A stretch of DNA of 64,000 nucleotides from Octopus sinensis. Taxonomy: Eukaryota. Of this stretch, positions 52,179-64,000 are shown in pieces; position 1 is the first letter of the stretch, and each line of letters opens with the position of its first letter. The notes beneath the pieces are model-generated. The model was not told where the DNA came from, made no database searches, and saw only the letters and a program-made list of their open reading frames with translations. A program made the position numbers and the translations under genes. The stretch is from the NCBI RefSeq assembly GCF_006345805.1, contig NC_043015.1, positions 43,090,001 through 43,154,000 of the forward strand, read 5' to 3'.

Positions 52179-53365
52179 ACGATCTTGCAATCATGAGTGC
52201 AACACCCTAACCAGTAGGCCATGCGCCCTGGTAATATTCTTTTCTACTCAAAGCCAAAGAGCAGAAATTTTCTTCCAGCCCACTGCCTTATTAAGAATCT
52301 TCTTTTCTCTAGGCACAACGTCTGGAATTTCTGGGTAGGGGGCCAGTGGATTAGATCAATCCCAGTAAGCAACTGGTACTTAATTTATCGATTCTGAAAG
52401 TATGCAAGGCAAAGTCGACCTCGGAGGAATTTGAACACCGAACGTAAAGACAGATGAAATACTGCTAAGCATTTCACTTGGCGTGCTTTTCTGCCAGCTA
52501 AAAAGATAAAGTATGGAGATATTAGATTTCTATTGGACACAGAGGATGTCTTAACATTCTCAGGAGTTCGACTAATCAGGAAATTTTGGGGGTCCATCTT
52601 CACTCACAAAATTTATAAGGATTATTTATTATGCATCAGCAATCAGCTGGTACACATTTTCAGTTAAGTAGAATTGGAGCAACTGCCTTACTTAAGGAGA
52701 CAACATGCTGACAGGTCTAAGAATTGAACCCGTAACATTATATCGACTCAGCACCCTTAACCACTAAGCTATGCAGAACTGGAGTGACTTGAAACAAACT
52801 GCCTTGCCTGGTAAAGAAATCGAACCCATAACCTTATCTTACAATATCAACCCAGCACCCTTGACCACTAAGCTATGTAGAACTGGAGTGACCTGAAACA
52901 AACTGCCTTGCCTGGTAAAGAAATCGAACCCATAACCTTATCTTACAATATCGACCCAGCACCATAACCACTGGGCTATGCCTCATTACATACAAAGAAG
53001 AAAAACTCATTTATTCATTATACAAATAATGGTAATAATCTATCAACGGGAAACACTTTTTTTTCAAATGTGTTTTGACATCAGGTTTTGGTCTCGTTAT
53101 TGCAGTGAACGTTAGGAAACCCTATACAGAACAAACTATGTTATTGATTATTTCTATTTTTTACCTACTCTTACATGCAGATTAATAAACAAAAAAGACA
53201 ATATTATTATTAATCTCTGTATTGATCTGAAGAAAGACCTTTGACCAGATGCCAGGCTCTGAAGACTTGTGGTCTCTGAAAAAACACAAAATCTATGTAC
53301 ATACAGAAGAGTATGTGTGTGTCTGTGTGTATACACATTACATATATATATACACATATATATAA

Positions 53366-53900
53366 TCTTTTACTCTTTACTCTTTTACTTGTTTCAGTCA
53401 TTTGACTGTGGCCATGCTGGAGCACTGCCTTTAGTCAAGTAAATCGACCCCAGGATTTATTCTTTGTAAGCCTAGTACTTATTTTATCGGTCTCTTTTGC
53501 CAAACCGCTAAGTTACGGAGACATAAACACACTAGCATCGGCTATCAAGCAATGTTGCGGGGACAAACAGACACACAATCATACACACACAGATATATAC
53601 ACATACAACGGGCTTCTTTCAGTTTCTGTCTAACAAATCCACTCACAAGACTTTGGTCGGCCTGAGGCTATATTAGAAGACACTTGCCCAAGGTGCCACA
53701 TAATGGGACTGAACCCGGAACCATGTGGTTGGTAAGCAAGCTACTTACAACGCAGCCACTCCTATACTCTACTCTTACTTGTTTCAGTTATTTGACTGCG
53801 GCCATGCTGGAGCACCACCTTTAGTTGGGCAAATCGACCCCGGGACTTATTCTTTGTAAGCCCAGTACTTATTCTATCGGTCTCTTTTGCCGAACCGCTA
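53366..53900 (-). mobile_element. SINE family A, full copy plus tail fragment
   Basis: Similarity to the family consensus. Confidence 0.88.
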
Positions 53901-54307
53901 ATGCCTATATATATAATATATATATTTACAGATACATGTATATATATATTTATATATATAAGAGGGAAGGTATTATCAAAATACCATCACAAGTGGAAAG
54001 CAAATATCAGCCATACAGGCAAATTAATAAAACATATACATACAATATGGAACCCCACCCAACAAGTCTGGCCACAAGGGGTCATATGGACTGTGGTTGA
54101 GAACAACAGCTATAGAAGAAGAGGACTGAGAATGATATGGGTGAAAGTAATGAAAGCCGGTTTGAAAGGGTTACGCTTCAGGAAGGAGAGGGCAAAGGAC
54201 CGCAACATATGATACTATGTTGGAGAAGGGCGATTCCAGAACATAAGCAGGTATGGGGAAAGAAATGTGAAAATGAAGATGATGTGTGTGTGTGTGTGTG
54301 GATACAA

Positions 54308-54340
<33 letters not shown>

Positions 54341-54355
54341 TACATATATATATGT

Positions 54356-54670
54356 GGAGGTGCAATGGCCTAGTGGTTAGGGCAGCAGACTCGCGGTTGT
54401 AGGATTACGGTTTCGATTCCCAGACCGGGCGTTGTGAGTGTTTATTGAGCGAAACACCTAAAACTCCACAAGGCTCCAGCAGGGGCTGGTGGTGATCCCT
54501 GCTGTACTCTTTCGCCACAACTTTCTCTCTTTCTTCTGTTGGCCTGCTCGCTTAGCCAGCGGGGTGGCGTCATTTGAAGGCTAAAACAAGGCGAAGCGCA
54601 TTGTGACCAGCGATGTGCAGCAACATCTGATAGCCTGGTCGGTCACGGTGATCACAGTCACAGTGATATA
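54356..54670 (+). mobile_element. SINE family C, full length
   Basis: tRNA-like head through GGTCACGGTGAT tail; tail also at ~10415-10530 and ~47470-47585. Confidence 0.82.
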
Positions 54671-54712
54671 TATATATATATATACTTTATTTACAGCAGC
54701 AGAAAATTCAAC

Positions 54713-54759
54713 AAAATCTGTTACTCTGAGTTTCTCGTTGCCGTTCATCAGACAGTTTT
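54713..54759 (-). ncRNA. type-I minimal hammerhead (left arm)
   Basis: Reverse complement of 54771-54817. Confidence 0.7.
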
Positions 54760-54770
54760 TGCTAGAATCA

Positions 54771-54817
54771 AAAACTGTCTGATGAACGGCAACGAGAAAC
54801 TCAGAGTAACAGATTTT
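54771..54817 (+). ncRNA. type-I minimal hammerhead (right arm)
   Basis: CUGU-CUGAUGA-ACG-GCAA-CGA-GAAA-CUCAGA-GUA-ACAG; palindromic stem III ACUC-A-GAGU. Confidence 0.72.
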
Positions 54818-55188
54818 GTTGAATTTTCTGCTGCTTTAAATAAAGCATATTACTCTACCACTGGTATTTGAGTACTCTTGTTTCACATTTATGTGTTTAC
54901 TCCGGTATATATATATATATATATATGTAAGAGAGACAGATAGACATATAAATGTATGTATGTGTGTGTGTGTTGTGTGTGTGTGTGTGTGAGGATGTAT
55001 GTTCGCATACATAATTACATGTAATGTTCATAGACGTTGGCCAGGAAAAAAAAAGCCATTAAGCAAACACATGTATCTGTGTACACGTGGGAGTGTGTGC
55101 ACATGTAGCTGAACAACAACGAATGATGTAACGAACCACATGTAATAAGGACATTGTCGTAACAAACATAAACAAACACAAAAAAAAA

Positions 55189-55245
<57 letters not shown>

Positions 55246-55909
55246 GCAATATGATACACTGGAATGTAAAAATAAAATAAAATAAAATAAAAAAATTAAA
55301 AAATTACCATTTCAGACATCAAAACATTCTGATATTGTTTATATACAAACAGCAGCTGCTTTTAATGACATCATTATTCCTAATATACCAATGACATCAC
55401 CGACAGGTGTATTGATTCAGCATCATCATTATCATCATCATTCATCTCCACGACCCTCATGATCACTGCCACCTCCACCATCATCACCGCCCTCACCTAA
55501 TTTATTCTCTCCCTCTTCTAACCCTTTCCCCGTTATCACCCCCACCACCACCCTTATTATTCCTAGCCCGTCCCCCATCATCAACCTCCCCACCTGTCAC
55601 CACCACCACCACCATCATCATCATCGTCATCATCGTCGACGTTTTAACATCCAGTTTTCTATGCCTGCATGGGTCAGATGGTAACTTTGTTGTGACAGGT
55701 TTTTTCCTGCGGCCAGACGCTCTTCCTGCCACTAACCCCCACCTATTTCCAAGCAAAGTGATATATTTTCCTTAGACTGTCAAACGACGGCCGGCCATGA
55801 CATGCATTTGCGGAGAACTAAACTAATGACATTGGTTTTTACGAGCAGTGACCCTTTGTCTACAATCAACATGCACACATCCAGATGAAGGGAACACAAA
55901 CAGGCACGG

Positions 55910-56297
55910 AAAGACAGACATATGGATGGATGGACAGACAGACAGACAGGCAGGCAGGCAGACAGACAGACAGACAGACAGATAGAGATAGATAGAGATA
56001 GAGAGATAGACAGACAGAAAGATAGATAGACAGACAGAAAGACAGACAGACAGAGAGACAGACAGACAAATAGGCAGACAGGCAGGCAGGCAGACAGACA
56101 GACAGACAGACAGACAGATAGACAGACAGACAGAGATAGACAGATAGATAGATAGAGAGATAGACAGATAGATGGAGATAGAGAGATAGATAAACAGACA
56201 GACAGAAAGACAGATAGACAGATGGAAAGATAGACACAGAGACAGACAGACAGACAGATAGATAGATAGATAAATAGATAGATAGATAGATTGAGAG

Positions 56298-56356
<59 letters not shown>

Positions 56357-56370
56357 GAGAGATAGAGAGA
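55910..56370. repeat. (GACA/GATA/GA)n microsatellite
   Basis: Visible tract. Confidence 0.95.
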
Positions 56371-57017
56371 TAGGTAACTATATCTATACACATAAGAACT
56401 GGCACTGTGTCGGTTACAACAATGAGGGTTCCAGTTGATCCAACCAATAGAACGGCCTGCTCATGAACTCAACACACAAGTGACTGAGTACTCCTCAGAC
56501 ACGTGTACCCATGATGTAGTTCTCAGGGAGATTCACCATGACACAGAAGGCAAAGAAGGCTGACCCTTTGAAATAGCATCCACTACTCTCTCGGAGTGGT
56601 TGGCATTAGGAAGGGCACCCAGCTGTAGAAACTCTGCCAGATCAGATTGGGAGCCTGGTGCAGCCATCTGGTTCGCCAGTCCTCAGTCAAATCGTCTAAC
56701 CCATGCTAGCATGAAAAGCGGACGTTAAACGATGATGATGATGATATGCCTATGTGTGTGTAACATAATGGTCGTCTCGTTTCTGTCAACTATTTTACTC
56801 AAAGCACATTGACCAGCCCATGGTTATAAAAGACATCAGTCAATAGTGTTCACACAGCGAAAACAAACCCTGAGTCGCATGGACCCGTAGCCCACTTCCC
56901 AACCACGTTAAAAGGTAAAAGCAGAAAAAAGAAAAAAAGCAAAAATAAAAGAAAATGAATAAATAAAAATATTGCTGTTTGACTACATGCATTACAGTTG
57001 TTTAGAATCGTTTTCTG

Positions 57018-57048
57018 AACAGGTGTGTCTAAATCTATCACACCTGTT
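57018..57048. promoter_or_regulatory. inverted pair of CAGGTG E-box / T-box-like motifs
   Basis: AACAGGTGTG-11 nt-CACACCTGTT; function inferred only. Confidence 0.3.
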
Positions 57049-58255
57049 TCATTCTTTTTTTTTTTCCTTTAAACTGAAGCGATTACTGATTATTGGTTAA
57101 TTAGCCAGAACCACACCAGATCTATTCCTAATGAAAAATAGAATTCTGTTTTTGCCTTTGTCTATCGAAGCTGCCATGCGTTATGGCAACCCAGAGTTAA
57201 ATGTTTACATATTTTTATGTTCTGGGTTCAAATCCTGGTGAGTTCTATGTCTCAATACCTCATGTCCTTTTTTTCTTTCCTTTTTTTTTTTTCTCCCCAT
57301 TTTGAAACTGAACACTGGTTATTAATTATTAAGCGATTAGCAAGACCACACCAGATTTATCTTGACTTCTCTTTTATTCATTTCAGTTATTGAACTGTGG
57401 CTATGCTGGGACACCACCGTGAAGGGGCTAAACTCAAATCAACCCCCAATGATAATCCTTTTTTTTTTTTAGGCAGAGGAGTGGCTGTGTGGTAAGTAGC
57501 TTGCTTACCAATCACATGGTTCCGGGTTCAGTCCCACTGCGTGGCACCTTGGGCAAGTGTCTTCTACTATAGCCTCGGGCCGACCAAAGCCTTGTGAGTG
57601 GATTTGGTAGACAGAAACTGAAAGAAGCCCGCCATATATGTATGTGTGCGTATATGTTTGTCCCCGCCAACATCGCCCGGTTTGAGATTCGAACCCGTGA
57701 TCCCTCGACTGCGAGTCCGCTGCTCTAACCACTAGGCCATGTGCCTCCACGACGCTAAAACGATGGTGGCAGTGAAGATTTCATTGTTACACATTCTGCT
57801 TCCTGTTGCACAATCATCACTGAACGAAGATACAATCTTGTCACATCGATTTGGCTTAATCTCAGCTCAGCAGTCTTTCGACTTCTGCAACCTGCCAGAT
57901 TGCATAAACAACATTGTTTGTGCAATGTGCAGACATCTGCCGTCTGCCACATTCTGTAAAAACAGCAGATGTTTATCGTTCTATTTGCTTTTGATCGTAG
58001 ACGCAGGCATGTCGGTGTGGCCGAGTGCGCTTCTCAGCCGCATGGTTCTGGGTTCAGTTCAACTGAACAGCACCTTGACTGAGTGTCATCTGCCATGGCG
58101 CCGTGGTGATTAACACTCTTTGAGAGAATTTGGTACACTGAAACTGAAAGAAGTGCATCGTATGTGTGCATTATCATCATTGTTTAACGCCCGCCTTCCA
58201 TGCTAGCATGGGTGGGACAACATGTTCATGTATAAACATGTATATGTGTATATAC

Positions 58256-58294
<39 letters not shown>

Positions 58295-58295
58295 A

Positions 58296-58365
<70 letters not shown>

Positions 58366-58724
58366 GAATGTGCGTGTGTGTATGTATGTATATATATATA
58401 TATAATATATATACACATATATATTTATATCCAAATCAAATATGCAATCTATGTGGGTGTCTTTTCAAAACATTGTCTGGTTTTAAAAGTCACATTAGAT
58501 GCCATGATGGTTCTAAGGTGTAGGTACAGGAGGTGGTCAAATTCTGCTGAAGGAGTAGACAACACCATGTATGCATGTATGTATATATATGTGTGTGTGT
58601 GTGCATATCATCATTGTTTTAACCTTTTGAAAATGGAGCCATGTTTGGAGTTTCCATGCCAAGAAGATGGAACCCTTTCCACAAGCCCTAAAGAAGGCAT
58701 GTACTTATTATTTTTAAAATGATA

Positions 58725-59040
58725 CCAGTGCATAACTGGTACTTAATTTATTGACTATGAAAGGATGAAAGGTAAAGTCGGCCTCGGCAGAATTTGAACT
58801 CAGAATGTAACAGCAGATGAAATACCTATTTCTTTACTACCCACAAGGGGCTAAACACAAAGAGGACAAACAAGGACAGACAAACGGATTAAGTCGATTA
58901 CATCGACCCCAGTGCATAACTGGTACTTATTTAATCGACCATGAAAGGATGAAAAGCAAAGTCAACCTCGGCAGAATTTGAACTCAGAATGCAACGGCAG
59001 ACGAAATACCACTAAGCATTTCGCCCGGTGTGCTAACGTT
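58725..59040 (-). mobile_element. dimeric SINE family B composite
   Basis: Same internal junction as ~21860. Confidence 0.78.
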
Positions 59041-60219
59041 TGATGTTTACACACACACACAGAGTAACTGGAGATATTATTAACTCGGGCAGACTTATTG
59101 TTCTCAGATAACCTGCTGTCTGTACGATGACTCCTTGTCAGCCAGGTGAACTATGGCAATGTGGAAATAAAGCAATCTCTTAACTTGGAGATGATAGGAC
59201 ACACACAACCTGATAATATGGTGGGCCAATAGCTTATCTACTGTGAACAATAACCAAAGGAGTCCACTTGCACTGACTGACTGTACAAGAGTTTAGGCAT
59301 ATATGCATGTGTGTTAATACATACACATACACACATAAATGCACACATACAAAGAGAGAGAGAGAGAGAAAGAGAGTGACATATATAGATATGTATGTGC
59401 AGGTGTGCGTAAATATATGTATGAGTATAGTGAGAGTGAGATTGGCAGAGACATAGAGAGAGAGAGAGTGACGCAGCGACAGGTGTGTGTGTATCTCATA
59501 CACACAAATACACATTTATATACATAAATATACACACACACACACACATATATATACACACACACACACATATATATATATATACACACACACACATATA
59601 TACATACACACACACATATATATATACAGACACACACACACACACATAAATATATTGGTTTCAAATCTTGGCACAAGGCCAGCAATTTCTGGGGAAGGGA
59701 AAGCTGATTATATTGACCCTAGAGTTCAACAACTACTTATTTTATTAACCCCTGAAAGGATGAAAGGCAAAGTTGACCCCAGCAGAAACACACCCACACA
59801 CACACACACACACAAAGAAACATAAAATCACTCACCAACTCAACACACACATGTATGCAGAATCACACAGCAACTCACTCGCAATCACACCTACACACTC
59901 ACAGACACACATACTTGTAATCATACCTACATACACACACACACACACTCTCTTGCAATGACACACATACATACATACGTACACATACTGATTTCCAGTT
60001 CATGACTTCAATATTCAAAACAAACTTACACTTGTGTGACAAATAACTCCATGAATAAATGATAGACAAGGAATTAAAGATGCTCACCACCACCACCACC
60101 AATGCCATCATCCAACCACTTCATGGCCGATTTTTTACCGTTTCAGCACTGACCTACAATCCTTAAACCTCATTTCTTACCATGATCACTGTTACGGTAA
60201 TAACTATCGTTATTTTTCT

Positions 60220-60850
60220 AGTCTAGGCACAAGGCCCGAAATTTAGATCGACACCAGTACACAACTGGTACTTAATTTATCAACCCCGAAAGGATGAAAG
60301 GCAAAGTCAACCCCGGCAGAATTTGACCTCAGAACGTAGCGGCAGACGAAATACCTATTTCTATTTCTTTACTATCCACAAGGGGCTAAACACAGAGAGG
60401 ACAATCATCATCATCATCATTGTTCGACCATGGTCGAGACAATGGAATTTACCATGCTACGCCAGACTTCACGGTCCATCATGGCATTACGGAGGTCCTG
60501 TTGCTGGATGCCTGTATCCCTGGAGATTACATCAGGGTAGGAGAGTGTGCGCCCTCTGGTATTGCGAGTAGATGGCTTCCAGAGGAGAAGAGTAGAAATT
60601 ACTTCTTTTTCAGCTCTACAACAATGTCCAGCAAACTGGACTCTCCTACCTTTCACAAGAGATGACACAACAAAGACAGACAAACAGATTAAGTTGATTA
60701 TATCGACCCCAGTGTGTAACTGGTACTTATTTAATCGACCCCGAAAGGATGAAAGGCAAAGTCGACCTCGACGGAATTTGAACTCAGAACATAGTGGCAG
60801 AAATACCGCTAAGCATTTTGCCAGGTATGCTAACGGTTCTGCCAGCTTAT
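60220..60850 (-). mobile_element. dimeric SINE family B interrupted by an RTE (TGA)n-tail fragment (60404-60668)
   Basis: SINE sequence resumes after the insert; insert translates VSSLVKGRRVQFAGH...TMVEQ*. Confidence 0.8.
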
Positions 60851-62469
60851 TAGGACTGTCATTAAGGACTAATTAAATTAGGAGACAAGGAATTTAAGAA
60901 AGACGTTACTAATATATTTCATTTGCTTCTCCAGCCAACCCATCACTGTGATACTAACATCACCATCAACTGGGCAATCAAGGGAGCCTCTATGAGGTCA
61001 CCCAACATGCTAGAAATATCAGCCAAAGTGCCACTAAATTGCAGCTAATCATCTTAAGAAAAAAATACCCCAAAAAGAAACCAGATATATCATGCATCTA
61101 GATTTTCTAAATCATTAATGCATCTATTAATAGAACCATATTCTTTTTTATTTTAGAGTTTAGATGGATGGTTGTGGTTGGACTGTCTTTCATAATTCGG
61201 GATTCTTCAAGTAGTGTTGGTCTAACCATCACCACAGGGAAATTCTACACCAGGCACAAGCAACCTTTTTTTGAGAAGCTGGTCATATTAAACCGGCTGT
61301 ATCTGGCCCAGATATTCCACCCGTTTCACGTTCAAGCTGACCAGATCCAGCCTGACACACTTACCCTACCAAGTCATGTTAAAAACAAGCAATCAAATCA
61401 TGGAAATCTTGAAGCTACGAGACAATTCATGATTAATTCATGATTAATTCTAAACAATGCAAATAAATGAATAGACTAAATTAAAATCAAAGCTATGTTA
61501 ATTTGTACCAAACACATCACCACAACCACCAATCATCCATTTTCTATGCTGGCTTGAGTTGGATGGCTTGACGGGAACTGGAAGGGCTAAGGGTCACACA
61601 GATTCCATAGTCTGTTTTGGCATGGTTTCTACAGTTGGACACCCTTCCTAATGCCAACCACATTACAGAGTGCACTGGGTGCTTTTTATGCGGCACCAGC
61701 ACCCATACCAAAGTTTTTTAACGGCATCTTGGTTTTAGGGTCTCAGTTCTGTTAGGGTATATTATTGTTTTAACATCCCCAATTTCCCATGCTTACATGG
61801 GTTGGGTGGAATTTGCTGCCCTTCCTATCACCAACCCTCATGTTTTCTCAGAGGATTAGAAATGAACAACACTGCTTGTATGAAGGTGACACTTGTTTAC
61901 AGCTTTCACATGAACTCAAAGCAAGGAGACAGTAACACACACACACACACACACATTTATATGTGTGTATATGTGTTCTTTCAGTTTGTCTCAAATGTGC
62001 TCACGACAGTTTGGTTGGCCCAAGGTGCCACAGAATGGGACTAAACCCAAAACCATGTGGTTGGAAAGAAAAAAAAAATTGCCTAATCACACAGCCATGA
62101 CTGAGCCTTACTACATACAAGGGTATAGCAGCCACACACACCTGAGAGTAACTTCATATCAGCAGGTACCCTGCTTTCATTAGGTACCCATATAGTTCTG
62201 TGCAAACAGGAATACCCTCTCAGACCTCTTACTCTGGACCCAGCACAACATCTTGAGAGTGAGAGCTACAGAGATAGAGAGCAAGTGGGGGGGGGACCAC
62301 TGCATCAGTAGAGGGCAATGACATTTCTTTCCATCATTGACCTCCCCACCCAAAAGAATGAAATGTCAAGCATGACTTGCTGGAATTTGAACTCAGAACG
62401 TAGTGAACCGGAACAAATATTTCAATGCATTCTCTCTGATGCTGTAATGCAACTAACAATTGGCCACCT

Positions 62470-63135
62470 TAACACACATACACACACACAAATATATACA
62501 TACATATACACACACAAATATATACATACATATATATACACACACAAATATATACATACATATATACACACACAAATATATACATACATATATACACACA
62601 CAAATATATACATACATATAGACACACACAATTATATACATAAATATACATACACATACAAATATATACATTCACACACACACACACACAAATATATACA
62701 TACATATATACACATACACACACACAAATATATACATATATATATACACACACACACACAAATATATACATACATATATACACACACACATACAAATATA
62801 TACATACATATACACACACATACATACATATATACACACATACATACACATATATACATACATACATATACACAGACATACATGCATCCATATACACACA
62901 TACATATACACACACACATATACACGCACACATATATACACACACACATAGACACACACATACACACACAGACACAAATATATACATATATACACACAGA
63001 CACATATATATATACACAAAAATATATACATACATACACACACATACACACGCACACACATACATACACACACACACAAATACACACACACACACATACA
63101 CACAAACACACACACACAAACACACACACACATCT
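62470..63135. repeat. compound (CA/TA)n microsatellite
   Basis: Visible tract. Confidence 0.95.
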
Positions 63136-63359
63136 ATAATGCATCGGTTGCGAATAAGTAAAGCACTGAAATTAATAGATGCATCGCAGTAATTGTGCCA
63201 CACACAATTTGCAAAGCAAACTGTGTAAAATATCCATCCCTGGAGAGAGAGAGAGAGAGCGAGGCTGGTTTGCAGGCATTAACTACAGAAGAACAACAAA
63301 GCAAGACTCTGACAGAGAACCTGAAAAATTAATAACAACAGGTATGGACAAATAACGAG

Positions 63360-63396
<37 letters not shown>

Positions 63397-64000
63397 ATTC
63401 TGTTGTCATAAACCGTTCCAGGTTTCATTACTTCGTTACATAAACGCAAACTCTGAACATAAAGACAATGTGTGGATATTGCAATTAGATATGCCTAATA
63501 TGATTGTTCATTAATTCATTCGTACACAGCACAGCACAGCGTCGTCGGCGTATGCGTTCTTGAGAATGGTTTCACAGCAGAGACGGCAGCAGTAAGGGGA
63601 ATCGGTTTTTGTTAAAACGAAGATTAGAAGTACCCCAAAATAGCAACAGCAATTTCAGGTTTGTTGTTTTTACTTTTTTGTTCTTTTACTTGTTTCGGTC
63701 GTTTTGACCGCAGCCATTCCCCCCACCCCCCAGGACTTGTTCTTTGTAAGCCTAGTACTTATTATATCATTCTCTTTTGTCGAACCGCCAAGTAACAGGA
63801 GCATAAACACACCAGCATCGGTTGTCAAAATTCTCTGTTTTGAAGTGTTTGTATTTGAAAAGTAAATTTCCATGGTAAAGGGTAAAGACCCCCTTTAGTT
63901 GTAAAAGTGCTTGGGATTGCACCTAGAAACAAGACAGGGCAAGGTTGCTTATGGACAACCAGCAGCTGCCCATTCATATCAGCCACCCTGACCAGGGCTG

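Larger units (their letters stand above)
54685..54906 (+). mobile_element. Penelope-like terminus with inverted partial copy (~160-bp palindrome)
   Basis: 54685-54761 is the reverse complement of 54769-54845; both ends in (TA)n; hammerhead in each arm. Confidence 0.7.

Noticed and set aside
53236-53290. CTGAAGA...GAAA hammerhead-like spacing
   Set aside because: Stems I and III cannot be formed.
1302-57750. Recurring ORFs with LLSVSVYQIHSQG or RLPNPLTRLW
   Set aside because: Chance frames through non-coding SINE family A.
57857-57880. TAATCTCAGCT, the 5' end of miR-216
   Set aside because: The 3' half diverges and no complementary arm is nearby.
2193-63203. Long ORFs rich in I/Y/H/T, V/C/M, poly-V, poly-T, E/K or L/S (e.g. 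2591-3166, 7164-7880, 7914-8715, 55780-56447, 62318-63203)
   Set aside because: Translations of microsatellites and polypurine tracts.

Overview
AT-rich, microsatellite-saturated animal genomic DNA with no supportable host protein-coding exon; it is most likely intronic or intergenic. The SINE/LINE families and dense (CA/TA)n tracts look like an octopus genome (inference from remembered repeat families, no database search). Almost all long ORFs in the track are microsatellite or SINE artefacts. The only real coding signal is transposon-derived: RTE-clade and CR1-clade LINE fragments, including a 1.4-kb RTE reverse-transcriptase segment. Other repeats are several tRNA-derived SINE families, TTAA-flanked MITEs, non-autonomous Helitron-like elements and a 1.52-kb tandem duplication. 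Main hidden structure: (1) at least five unrelated short elements inserted in (TA)n/(TAA)n tracts each carry a minimal type-I hammerhead ribozyme fold (CUGANGA...GAAA...NUH), two of them as head-to-head palindromes with a ribozyme on each strand, the architecture of Penelope-like element ends; (2) RTE 3' UTRs carry tandem arrays of a predicted H-type pseudoknot plus hairpin unit with compensatory changes; (3) a C4HC3 PHD-type finger is inserted within the RTE reverse transcriptase; (4) a diverged, blockwise-conserved duplicated element at ~32.0 and ~33.5 kb. Repeat boundaries were read by eye and are approximate.
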